From the NCBI GenBank assembly GCA_951406725.2, contig OX597822.1, positions 53,940,001 through 54,004,000 on the forward strand: 64,000 nucleotides of DNA, written 5' to 3'. Below are positions 1 through 12,210 of this stretch, one piece after another (the stretch's first letter is position 1; each line of letters starts with the position of its first letter). Source of the stretch: Octopus vulgaris. Lineage: Eukaryota. Position numbers and translations under genes: made by a program. The notes below the pieces were generated by a model. It saw only the letters and a program-made list of their open reading frames with translations, was not told the DNA's origin and made no database searches.

Positions 1-702
1 TCCTTTCAAGATTGATAAAATAAGCACAAGTTGAACACTGAGTTCAATGTAATTGACCTACTCCTTTCCTCCAAATTGCTGGCCTTGTGCCAAAATTTGA
101 AACCAATATTTTCCATGACTGATGACTGGAAACAAATGATGTCACTTTTATGGTGATAGCTGTTTACAATTACTAAGCCATGTCAAGATAAAGAAACACA
201 AACAAGTGTACACACACGACCCCCACTCCTCAGAATTTTGCCTCCCAGTCACATAGTTCTGAGTTCAGTCTTACTGTGTGACACCTTGGCCAGGTGTCTT
301 CTGCTGTAGCCATGGGCCAACCAAAGCTTTGTAAGTGGATTTGAGAGACTGAAAGAAGCCTGCCATATATATGTATATACATTTGTGTATGTGTGTGTGT
401 ATTATTGTCTCCTTGGTTTGTCATCGTGTGATAGTTGTAAATGAGCGTCACTGTCACGTAAGTGGCGTCCTTCATATCCAATCTTTCATGAGAAACATGC
501 TTGCTTCAGAGAAATATTACATTACATGGAAACACGCAATGGTTAGTGACAGGAAGGGTGTCTGGCTGTAGAATATCCACCTCAACAAATTCTATGAACA
601 TGGAAAAAGTGACTGTGAGATGATGATGATGATGATATGTATATATAAATATGTGTAGATGCATACATACATAAATATATAATATGTAATATATAATATG
701 TA

Positions 703-738
<36 letters not shown>

Positions 739-761
739 ATACACACATATATATATATATA

Positions 762-1163
762 TTTGAGTAGAAAAATGAAATATCTTTTTATGGATAATTC
801 GTTTAACCGATACCTGGGTAGCAAATTCACATAAAAAATAACACGGTTGAAGTTACGTGCCTAGGGCAGAGACTACGTGTTTTCGTGTGGAAATTTGTGT
901 GTATTTTTATAAAATTTATGAATAAATGAAAGAATGGAGTTGAACGACAAATTAACAAATTTCCTTTATTTTCGACATATGTTTCGAAGGCTGCATATTC
1001 CTAATTGTGAAGGAATAAGGAGTACATTATGCCGCTTTCTCATCAGGAAAAAGAAGGAATTTATGTCAACATCAAGATTCACAAAAAACTTTTAGATGAC
1101 GGCTTTCACGGACCGCATAGCAATAATTCAACTCCATTCTTTCATTTATTCATAAATTTTATA

Positions 1164-1169
<6 letters not shown>
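762..1169 (-). mobile_element. Penelope-like pLTR remnant with a perfect 43-bp inverted repeat
   Basis: 902-944 is the exact reverse complement of 1127-1169. The repeat encloses the hammerhead, and (TA)n tracts flank the element. Confidence 0.65.
969..1051 (-). ncRNA. Type I hammerhead ribozyme, Penelope-type, canonical core
   Basis: Minus strand reads TTTTC-CTGATGA-GAAAGCGGCATA...TATGCAGCCTTC-GAAA-CATATG-TC-GAAAA. Stem I is 5 bp, stem II pairs 10/12, stem III is the palindrome ACATATGT. GUC cleavage triplet, cut between 974 and 973. Confidence 0.85.
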
Positions 1170-1231
<62 letters not shown>

Positions 1232-1235
<4 letters not shown>

Positions 1236-1426
1236 ATCCAAACATGAAAACACAAAGAGAAAACACAACAACGTGAGGACGTGGAACAAATATAGTATTG
1301 TTGGACACTCAGGAAGGAAGATTTAACGTTTCGAGCGGAGCTCTTCGTCAGAAACATAGGAAAAGGAAAGATCCAGAGAAAGAAAGACGGAGGAAAAAAA
1401 TCGCCAACGGTACACACGCGGTCACA
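1232..1426 (-). mobile_element. ~195-bp hammerhead-bearing element in (TA)n
   Basis: Minus 1355-1321 reads GTTT-CTGACGA-AGAGC-TCC-GCTC-GAAA-CGTT-AAAT. Related to the elements at 22335, 55006 and 56164. Confidence 0.7.
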
Positions 1427-1905
1427 ATATATATATATATTATGTTACTTGGAAACACGTAATTATATTATTATTATATTATTATTATAATATTATTATA
1501 TTATTGTATGTACATATGCATATATTTATATATTATTTATATTATTATATAAACCCGGAATCAGCCACATGGTTCCAGGTTCAGTCCCACTACATGAAAC
1601 CTTGGCCAAGTTTTGCCTACTATATCCTTGGGCTGACCAAAGCTTTGTGAGTGGATTTGGTAGAAACTGAAAGAAGCCCGTCTCTCTCACACACACACAT
1701 ATGTGTATGTGTCTTTGTATCTGTGTTTGTCCCTCACCACTGCTTGACAACTGGTGTAGTTCAGCAAAAGAGATTTACATGATAAGAACCAGGCTGAATA
1801 AAACAAAATTATTTGGGTCAATTCATTCTACTAAAGATTCTCCAAGGCAGTGCCCTAGCAGCCTATTGACTGAAACAAGTAGAAGATAAAAGTTGTATAT
1901 GTATA

Positions 1906-2426
1906 CCGTAAATCCTCGAGTATAGTTCGCCCTTGAGTATAATACGCAGGGGATTTTTAGGGGGCTGTACTTTTGAAAAACCTAAACCTTGTGTATAATA
2001 AGCACCCCTTCTCTAACTTGAGTCAAGGAGGTCTATATAATGTCCCTGGTTTGTAAAAATGTATACGGTAACGTCCTTTATTATTATTGTATATATTACA
2101 TAATGCAAATGTGTAGCTTTTTTGTGCATTTTATTTGCAGAAAATAAAGAAATAAGAGACATAACAGTAATAATGTTTAATAAATGTTGCTTACTGCAAG
2201 TTATGGATGATCCTTTTATGACTTCATTGCTTTCAGGTTTAGCTTAAGGTATTTTCGTGCCCGTCATCACAAAATGCGTCTGAATAAACATTGCTGGACA
2301 CCAAATAGAGACTCGGACATTGCTTAGAAAATAATTTTAATTTTTAACCTCGTATATAGTACGCACTTGTGATTTTGACCTTTAAATTTTTGGAAAAAAA
2401 TGTGGATTATACTCGAGGATTTACGG
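1906..2426. mobile_element. Tc1/mariner-superfamily MITE (Tc2/pogo-like termini)
   Basis: Perfect 19-bp TIR CCGTAAATCCTCGAGTATA / TATACTCGAGGATTTACGG, TA on both sides, no ORF. Confidence 0.85.
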
Positions 2427-2437
2427 TATATATAAAG

Positions 2438-2779
2438 GCTAAAGATCCCCTCCAGTCATGAATGATGATGAGATTGAACCAAGAAGGTTACTCTCCGAGG
2501 CACAAGTCTGGGCAAGTTTGTTTATAGAAGGCTAGCAATTGCCCATGCATATCAGCCTCCCGTCTCCACACCACCGATGTTATCCAAGGGAAAGGCAAAG
2601 GCTGATATAGTCCAGCACAGGCTGATATAGTCACAACTTACTTCTACAGCTGAGTGAACTGGAGCAACATGAAATAAAGTGTCTTGCTCAAGAACACAGC
2701 ACACAACCCGGTTTGAGAATTGAACTCACAACCTCATGATTGTGAGCTCGATGCTCTAACCACTGAGCCATGTGCTTTC

Positions 2780-2781
<2 letters not shown>
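2438..2781 (-). mobile_element. tRNA-derived SINE
   Basis: Minus strand begins ...ATGGCTCAGTGGTTAGAGCATCGAGCTCACAATCATGAGGTTGTGAGTTCAATTCTC, with Pol III A and B boxes, followed by a non-tRNA body. Confidence 0.75.
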
Positions 2782-2812
<31 letters not shown>

Positions 2813-2964
2813 ATGTAGAAGGTAGTAATACCCCCAATACCCACAGTTTATACATACACAGCTAGATTTGTTAGTAGGCTGTTATATAGGCGAATATATA
2901 TATATACGTAGGTAGGTAAACAGACAGATATGTAGATAGATATATAGGTAATACAGATAGACAA

Positions 2965-3011
<47 letters not shown>

Positions 3012-3792
3012 AAAGGAGATAGAAACACATGACCACACACACACACACAAGCATATCTGGAGACAGACATCCATACATACCAGACACATACATAGTCACA
3101 CAAATCCATACACAGACACACTCAAACGCGTACACACAAGGAGACAGAGGTACATACACAGACATGAACACACAAACACATGAATTTGCAGAATACATAC
3201 ATACAAATGTACACACACGCATACCTATATATATGCATACATGCACACACATATACATACATACACACATACATACATGCATACATACAATCATACATAC
3301 ATACATACATATGTGTATACACATGCACATTGATGCACACACTTGCACACAAACAAACAAATTAAAAGAACGCAGGTCCAATAATGGACAGAGTCAACAA
3401 CTACTGAAGAGGTTGCAAGAAGCAATGAAAATTTTTGGAAAAAAAAAAGTAAATGAGTGGAAATTGAATTGGTGAGTGTGTTAATTAATAAGGCATTAAA
3501 ACAGAATGACTCTCTCCAGACACAACAGAAGGGGCACGTGTCTCTAAGGCCCTCCCTTGGATCTGTCCCTGTGTGTGCCCGATTTCAGTTCTTCGGTTTT
3601 TACTGTAGCGAGTAAATTATATGTGGAAATTGACGATTTAATAGTCTGTTATCAGCATATTGGCATTGAAATAATTTTCTTTAGCCCTTACTTATATGTT
3701 TATAATTTTAACAGTAAAAGTATTTTAATATGCTGCCACATTTTTTGATGGAATTTTTTTTCTGTAGAAAAAAACTTCATCCTATATTAGTA

Positions 3793-3847
<55 letters not shown>

Positions 3848-3857
3848 CACAAAAGAT

Positions 3858-4089
3858 TCGAGCGAGGTCATTGCTAGGACTGTCTGACTGGCCCCTGTGC
3901 TGGTGGCACATAAAAAGCACCCACTACACTCTCGGAGTGGTTGGCGTTAGGAAGGGCATCCAGCTGTAGAAACTCTGCCAGATCAAGATTGGAGCCTGGT
4001 GCAACCATCAGGTTCGCCAGCCCTCAGTCAAAATCGTCCAACTCATGCTAGCATGGAAAGCGGAAATTAAATGATGATGATGATGATGA
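3858..4089 (+). mobile_element. SINE/LINE 3' segment with (TGA)n tail
   Basis: Motif ggcgttaggaagggcatccagctgtagaa, then a (tga)n tail. A decayed relative is at about 530-635. Confidence 0.55.
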
Positions 4090-4102
4090 CACGCACACAC
4101 AT

Positions 4103-4161
<59 letters not shown>

Positions 4162-4962
4162 CACACACACATACATACACACAATGGTCATCCTTCAATG
4201 AAATCCAGTCACCAGGCTTTGTTTGACATGAAGCTATAGTAGAAACTTACTCTACGTATCACAGAGTGGGACTGAACTGGAGTCGAAGTGAGTCAAGTGT
4301 TGATGTTATTGGACACTGATCCCTTGAGAAACCTAACTGGGAATCACCTTCTTTTGTTGGGAGAGAATGTTAGTCTCTCTGTCTTTCCCCCTCTCTTGCA
4401 ATCATGTCACTGTATTTGTTGATAAATAGTAAAAACACAAGGAAACAAGCTAGGTTGAGTTGACTTGTGATGAAAGATGATTCAGCTATGATCATTGTGT
4501 CTCTTTTCTTGATAATGTGTAATTGGGATTGCATTATCTAATGTGTCTGTTTTTTTTTCATTATGAGATGATATAATTTGTGTGAGACTTGACTGCTATT
4601 TCTAGTAGGTCAAGTGACCTCATAGAAGCTCCTTTGTTGGCTTGCACGTAAACAAGTGATTTGTAGAATTGTAATTATGTAAATAAGAAACAATGTAATT
4701 GTAATGATTCCATGTAGATTAATTATTTCATTTAGATAATGTGGTGATGTAATATGAATACATGAATAACTTATCTTTTGTGTCTTTATTACATGAAGGT
4801 GGGAAACCAGCCCTATGAGACCTGACCTCTAACATTAAACAGAATGAAGTACTAACTGGGACAGCATCATGGTTAATAAAATGAACAGACCTTGCAATAA
4901 AATTGAATAAACAATATGTTAGAAAACTAAGGAAATTACATTAATGAGGTGTATATGTGAAG

Positions 4963-5600
4963 GTGGTAGGCTGGCAGAATTGATAACATGTTGAACAAAA
5001 TGCTTAGCAGTATTTCTTATTTCTTTATTGCCCACAAGGGGCTAAACATAGAGAGGACAAACGAGGACAGACAAAGGGATTAAGTCAATTACACCAATCC
5101 CAGTGCGTAACTGGTACTTAATTTATCGACCCCGAAAGGATGAAAGGCAAATTCTGACCTCGGCGGAATTTGAACTCAGAACGTAAAGACAGACGAAATA
5201 CTTATTTCTTTACTACCCACAAGGGGCTAAACACAGAGAGGACAAACAAGGACAGACAAATGGATTAAGTCGATTATATCGACCCCAGTGCATAACTGGT
5301 ACTTAATTTATCGACCCCGAAAGGATGAAAGGCAAATTCTGACCTCGGCGGAATTTGAACTCAGAACGTAAAGACAGACGAAATACCACTAAGCATTTTG
5401 CCCGGCATGCTTACGTTTCTGCCAGCTCACCAGTTTATAGCAGTATTTCTTGTAGTCCTTTACATTCTGAGTTCAAACCCCACAGAGGTCAACATTGTCT
5501 TTCAACCTTTGGGAGTTGATAAACCAAGTATCGGTTGTGCACTGGGGCTGATGGAACCAACTAGCTCCCTCAGCCCAAATTTTAGGGGTTGAGCCTTGTA
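4963..5600. mobile_element. Nested family-B SINEs: a minus-strand dimer inserted into an older plus-strand copy
   Basis: Two tandem copies of cttatttcttta...gacgaaatac (about 5016-5430), bounded by the duplication tagcagtatttctt. Confidence 0.75.
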
Positions 5601-6510
5601 GGAAGATAAAAAAAAAAATATGCTATGTTCATATTATTTGCTATAATAATTGGTGGCAAGATGGCGGAATCATTAGTGCACTAGATGAAATGCTTAACGG
5701 CATTCCTTTCAGCTCTTTTACACCCCAAGTTCAAATTCTGCCAAGGTCAAGTTTACCTTTCGTATTTTCAGGGTTGATAAACTAAGTACCAGTTGAGCAC
5801 TGGAGTCAATGTAATTAACTAGTCCCCTCTCCCACCCCGAATTTCAGGCCTTGTGAAACTCAAGGGAATAACTCATTCCCACCTAATCAAATAAGCCAAA
5901 CTACTTATACTTGCAAGAATACAAAATTGATAAGGTTGAACATACTATCTGAAACTTAGGATGATATTGGACCCAAAATAGAACATTGAGGAAAAGCATG
6001 GAAAAGCAAAGATAGTAGAAGAATGATGGCTATTTAAAACAACTTTAATGCTACATTGATCCAGAGATACATATAAGCATTCCTTTTGTAGCAGAAAAAT
6101 TTGAACAAAATTGCAATGAAGACATCGAATATTAATAAAAGATGGAAACAGTGAATAATAAATAAATTCACTGGTATTGCGGAAACCTTGCCAAGATTGT
6201 AAAAAGCTTGGTGAATGCAATTGAAACAGCATTAAAATAACCATCTGAGTATCATACTAAATGTATATACACTATTGCAAAGCATTCACTAAGTCTTTTG
6301 CAGTCCAGAAAGCTTTCTGTGAAACTAGTGGATATTTATTCATTGTTTCTTATTTATTGTAGAATGAATTTCATCTTATGAATGGGTGCACCACATTGAC
6401 AAATCCCACATAGGGCAAAAAGCTTTATATGTGAGTGTATGTATGTATGTATGTATGCATGTATGCATGTATGTATGTATGTATGTATGTATGTACATAT
6501 ATATATTAAT

Positions 6511-6669
6511 GTAGGAGTGGATGTGTGGTAAGTAGCTTGCTTATGAACTACATGGTTCCGGGTTCAGTCCCACTGCGTGGCACCTTGGGCAAGTGTTATC
6601 TACTATAGCCTTGGGCTAACCAAAGCCTTGTGAGGGATTTGGTAGACAGAAACTGAAAGAAGCCCGTCG

Positions 6670-6724
<55 letters not shown>

Positions 6725-6830
6725 ATATATATGTATGTATGTGTGTGTATATGTTTGGGTGTCTGTGTTTGTCCCCCCAACATCGCTTGACAACCAATGC
6801 TGGTGTGTTTACACCCCAGTAACTTAGCGC
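6511..6830 (+). mobile_element. tRNA-derived SINE, family A
   Basis: ggagtggatgtgtggtaagtagcttgc...ggttcagtcccactgcgtggcaccttgggc, with an internal (TA)n/(TG)n. More than 10 copies occur in the window. Confidence 0.8.
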
Positions 6831-7735
6831 ATACAGACATACATATCCTTACTTAGTGCATACTGACATACATATCCTTACATATATATGTGCACACAAA
6901 CATACCTACATATAGGTGTGGGGTTTGAGTGTATTTATTTGTGTGTGTGCATGTGTATATGTGTGCATGTGTGTGTGTGTATGGAGATAAGTATGCATAA
7001 GTATTTACGAGAAACCACCTGTCACTAAAAGTCAACACACATTAATGGATCAAATGCCAAACCCCAAACCTCTTGAAAGAACAGAAAATAGCAACTACAA
7101 CACACACACATACATATACATACATATATCATCGTCATTATCATCGTCGTCGTCATTTTAATGTCAACTTTTTCGTGTTTGTATGAGATAAATGGGAGTT
7201 GTGGTGATAGGTTTTCTACAGGCACACACCTTTCTTGTCACCAACTTCCGCTTCTTTCAGAATAAAGTAATATTTCTCCATGGCTGGAGATAATTTCATG
7301 GAAGATTGGAGATGAAAGAAGTCACATGCTTACATTCATGTGTATATACAAAGATATATATTTAAGTGTAATGAAATGTAAAGTCTGAAGTGCAACGAAA
7401 CACAGAAGTTGTATGCACGTATAAAAAGGCATTCACTGCTATATACAAAAGAATACAGCCGTAACACCCACCTGCCCTTGATTAAGTCTTAGATAGTGAC
7501 CAAGATCTTTGGCGACTTGCCATGCTTGAGAAGGCCTGTCACACCAAGTGAAATCATAGCTGGAGCCATTGTTGGTGTCACATAACTGGCACCTGTGCTG
7601 GTTGTTTGTTCCTTCTCGAGCCATGCCTTGCTCATAAGGTCTCAGTCATTCGTCAAAAGTCTCAGTCATTCGTCATTACCTCCATGAGGCTCAATGCTTG
7701 AAAGGTGCTTTTTACTTACCACCAGCACAGCTTGT

Positions 7736-7962
7736 GGAGGCACATGGCCTAGTGGTTAGAGCAGCAGACTCGCGGTCGAGGGATTGCGGTTTCGAATCTC
7801 AGACCGGGCGATGTGTGTGTTTATGAGCAAAGCACCTAAGCTCCATGCGGCTCCAGCAGAAGGTAATGGCGAACTTCTGCTGACTTTTTCGCCACAACTT
7901 TCTCTCACTCTTTCCCCCTGCATCTTGCAGCTTGCCTGCGACGGACCGATGTCCTGTCCAGG
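7736..7962 (+). mobile_element. tRNA-derived SINE, family C
   Basis: ggaggcacatggcctagtggttagagc...ggtttcgaatctc (A/B boxes). Homologous to 9349-9650 (+) and 24731-25018 (-). Confidence 0.7.
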
Positions 7963-7974
7963 TGAGGAAAGGAC

Positions 7975-8781
7975 TCAGTCGATTACAGTGACCCCCATTT
8001 TCAACTGGTACTTAATTTATCAACCCCAAAAGAATGAAAGGCAAAATCAACCTTGGTAGAATTTGAATTCAGAATGTAAAGGCAAACCAAATGCCACTAA
8101 GTATTTTGCTTAGCATGCTGATGATTCTTATTTCTTTATTGCCCACAAGGGGCTAAACACAGAGGGGACAAACAAGGGCAGACAAAGGGATTAAGTCAAT
8201 TACATCGACTCCAGTACATAACTGGTACTTTATTTATCGACCCTAATTGGATGAAAGGCAAAGACGACCTCAGCGGAATTTGAGCTCAGAATGAAATGGC
8301 AGACGAAATACCTATTTCTTTATTGCCCACAAGGGGCTAAATACAGAGAGGACAAACAAGGACAGACAAATGGATTAAGTCGATTATATCGACCTCAGTG
8401 CATAACTGGTACTTATTTAATTGACCCGAATTGGATGAAAGGCAAAGTCGACCTCAGCGGAATTTGAACTCTGAATGTAACGGCAGATGAAATACCGCTA
8501 AGCATTTTGCCTGGGGTGCTAACATTTCTGCCAGCTTGCCACCCTTGCATGCTGATGATTTTGCTAGCTTGCCAGCTTGATGATGTACGTAAATACTGGT
8601 TTTAAATTTTGGAACAACGCTAGTGAATTCAAGGGTGGGGCTAAGTTTATTACAGCGACCCCAATACTCAAATAGTACTTATTTTATTGACCCCCAAGAG
8701 GATGAAAGGCAAAATTGACCTCAGCGGAATTTGAACTCAGGATTTGGACGGGTGTGCTAAGGATTCTACTAGCTTGCCACC
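7975..8781 (-). mobile_element. Cluster of nested family-B SINEs
   Basis: Repeated ggatgaaaggcaaagtcgacctc...gaatttgaactcag core. The inner dimer (8128-8545) is flanked by the duplication gcatgctgatgatt. Confidence 0.75.
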
Positions 8782-9348
8782 TGAATGTATGTAAATATTG
8801 ATAACAAAATGAACAAAATACTCCATCAGAACCTGAGATACCAACAGGGAGCAAGAAGCGAGTGTTAGCACAAAAGAGGTGCATATATCATCATCGATAA
8901 GATTACCAGTTTTAATGGAAGAAGTTTTACAAACCAATGAGTAAATTTCTTCATGAACTAATTATCTAATTGATTGATACTGAAGCAATATACAACTAGT
9001 TCTTATATTTTATTGGTAACACATATACGGACACACACACATATGTATATACATACATGTGTACACACATATTTATATACATACATGTGCACATGCATAT
9101 ATACATCCATGTACACACGCATACACATTTATATAGAAGTAGGTTGATAGAAGCAGCTGGATATAGAAAGTACAATTTTAATTTCATTGAAACAAATTAT
9201 ATTATTCCCTGAGAGTGCACAATAGCTCAACAAGTAGTCAGTGTGATGACTTTTGTCTCTGTGAATTGAACAAACGGAAAAAGGACTTTAAAATATACCT
9301 CACCAATAGGAAGTAGGAAATATTTTACCGGAAGTTACCTTGCAGGGT

Positions 9349-9650
9349 GGAGGTGCAATGGCTCAGCGGTTAGGGCAGTGGACTTGTGGTTGGAGGATTG
9401 TGGTTTGGATTCCAGACCAGGCGTTGTGTGTGTTTATTGAGCGTAAACACCTAAAAAGCTCCACAAGGCTCCTACAGGGGGTGGTGGCAACCCCTGTTGT
9501 ACTCTTTCGCCACTACTTTCTCTCACTCTTTCTTCCTGTTTCTTGAGTAACACTGCGATGGACTGGCGTCCCGTCCAGCTGGGGGGAACACATACACCAC
9601 AGAAACTAGGAAACCAGGCCCATGAGCCTGGCTAGGCTTGAAAAGGGCGA
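9349..9650 (+). mobile_element. tRNA-derived SINE, family C
   Basis: ggaggtgcaatggctcagcggttagggc...; body homologous to the 7736 copy. Confidence 0.7.
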
Positions 9651-9902
9651 CGTTTATGGTTTTTTTACCTTGCATCCAAGAGATTCCAGTGACTGCTTAC
9701 CACTACTGCCCTAATAACAGTTAGTCATTTAGCCACATAAGTAGCAGTTAATGACATCAGAAATGATTTATATGTAAATTGACCCTACTACATAATATCT
9801 TGGGTAAGTGTCTTTTATTATAGTTCCAGGCAGACCAATGGCTTATGAGTGGATTTGGTATACGGAAGCTTGTTGAGTGTGTGTCTATATATGAGTGGCT
9901 GA

Positions 9903-10469
9903 GTGGTAAGTAGCTATGATGAAAATCAGTTAATCAACCTGTTCAGGAGAATGTTCGGGCTGGGGTATCTGGATAACTACCAGAAATCCCTGGCTTGGCA
10001 GTGCTTCCGTGCGGCATTACCGGTTCATGACAAGCTTTCAAGGTATGGAAGTGCTGTCCCGCCGACATACCCGAGATGTAGGCAGGATAGGGAAACCGTT
10101 TTGCACGCATTCATGGAGTGTCCGGAATTATTGGGACTGATAGCTTTCGTCGAACAACTGATGTCAGTGATGGGAAGAGTACAACTATCGACTGAGTCTT
10201 TCATCAAGATCGTGCCACCTCCTTCTCTTAGCAAAGAAAGGAAGGCCTGTTTTTTCTGCATAGTAGCCATACTGAAAGAAACAGTATGGAAGACGTGTGT
10301 GAAAGGCATAGTGACAGGTACCTTTGTCTCTGGCCAGGGGTTGGTCAACTTCTTTAGTTACCACCTCAATAGTAAGATCAGGCTGGAGAAGAGGTGTCTG
10401 TCACGGGATATATTTGTTAAAAGATGGAAACCTGTGGAAAGTAAGTTGGGTGCAATTGGCACCAAGTAA
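9903..10469 (+). mobile_element. 5'-truncated L1/Tx1-clade LINE, ORF2 C-terminus (zf-RVT region)
   Basis: KSLAWQCFRAALPVHDKL...YPRCRQDRETVLHAFMECP matches the LINE CxxC...ETxxHxFxxC knuckle, with the first Cys changed to Tyr. Followed by KETVWKT and ending at a stop. Confidence 0.8.
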
Positions 10470-11816
10470 GTGCATTCAAGATGAAAAGTAAAAGTTCTAC
10501 TCAGGTTTCCCTCTACCAAATCTACACACAAGGCTTTGGTCAGCCTGAGGCTATAGTAGAAGACAGTTGTCCAAGGTCCACGCAGTGGGACTGAACCCAG
10601 AACCATGTGGCTGGTAAGCAAGCTACTTACCACACAGCCACTCCTACGCCTATACATCATATCTTCATGAATATGTGAGACAAATGAAATTTGGAGATCG
10701 TGAAAAATTATTACTGAATCTGATTTCATGCATTGACGACTGATATTTTTTAGTAAATGCAATTGTTTTCATGTTATATAAATATGTGTGGTTATATTAC
10801 ACCATGTAGCAAAATTAAAATTTTTTTTGCCTTTGGTCAGTAAGTGTTATTTCTTATTTGCTTCTATCTAGAAATCAAAGGAAATGACTACCTATTTTCT
10901 ATTACATTTCAGACAGATTCAGCACTAAGTTTCTGAAGCAGAAATATCATTATAACAAATATTCTGCTCAATACCACAGATTTGCTTCTCTGTTGCTTGA
11001 CTGTAACCACTTGAACAAGTTCCTTAGTAGCTGACAATATGTGCATCTCTGACCATGAGCAGGAGTAGTAGAAGAGCAGCATAGCTATGTATTGAGTGGG
11101 ATTCTTTGGGGTTTGAATAAATATAACAAAAGAAAAATTTGGAGGAAATATTAGCCATTTTTCATACTTTTTAAGGGTAAGCAAATAGGAAATAACAGTT
11201 GCTACTCAAGGACAAAAATCGTGTTTATACAGTGTTGTATATTATCATATTGTTGGTTGTCACATGCATTTTTTACCTGACATATCACAGTCTTTGTTTA
11301 TATATTATTGTTGCCACTTCTATTTTCTATTGCAATATACCCTAATTTTTTTTAGAACAATCTACTTTCACAGGTAGTCAGTGTTATGACTTTATGTCTA
11401 CTTGAATTAAACAAACAGGAAGAAAAGCTCTTAAATATACTGTACTTGCATATGCACATACTTACATACATACATACATACATACAGACATATGTACATA
11501 CACACACACACAACTTCCAGTTCGGATAAGCTTGGATTTTCAGAAAAAGAAATCAACAATCTTTAAGTGGAACAGTAAAACTGTGCAAGACTTTTCTCAG
11601 GTTTAAAATATGATATTGTTTTTGTTATCTACATTCCAACAATGGACCTTTGTATCTTTGTTAAAAACCAGCTCCTTCTTCAAAGGAAGAGATTAAATAG
11701 TCAGAAACATAAAAGAACATAGATACATACATACACACGCATACATACATAGACATACCTTCACATGCATAGATATATATATGTATAAATAAATATATAT
11801 ATAAATGTATATATAA

Positions 11817-12210
11817 GGTGCAGGAGTGACTGTGTGGTAGGTAGTTTGCTTACCAACCACATGGTTCTGGGTTCAGTCCCACTGCATGGCACCTTGGGCA
11901 AGTGTCTTTTACAATAGCTTCAGGCCGACCAAAGCCTTGTGAGTGGATTTGGTAGATGGAAACTGAAAGAAGCCCGTTGTATATATGTATATGTATATAT
12001 ATATATATGGGTATGTGTTTGTGTCCCCCACCCAACATCACTTGACAACCGATGGTGGTGTGTTTACGTCCCCGTAACTTAGCGGTTTGGCAAAAAAGAC
12101 CGATAGAATAAGTACTAGGCTTACAAAGAATAAGTCCTAGGGTCAATTTGTTTGTCTAAAGGTGGTGCTCCTGCATGGCCACAGTCAAATGATTGAAACA
12201 AGTAAAAAAG
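11817..12210 (+). mobile_element. Full-length family-A SINE
   Basis: Runs from the head ggtgcaggagtgactgtgtgg to the tail gattgaaacaagtaaaa. Confidence 0.8.

Noticed and set aside
7736-7810. tRNA genes at SINE heads (also 2700-2780, 9349, 24945-25018)
   Set aside because: A/B boxes are present but the acceptor stems do not close, and each continues into a repeated SINE body.
9241-9290. SECIS element or C/D snoRNA
   Set aside because: Helix II pairing is poor, the apical AA is misplaced, there is no box D CTGA, and the features are not kept in the second copy.
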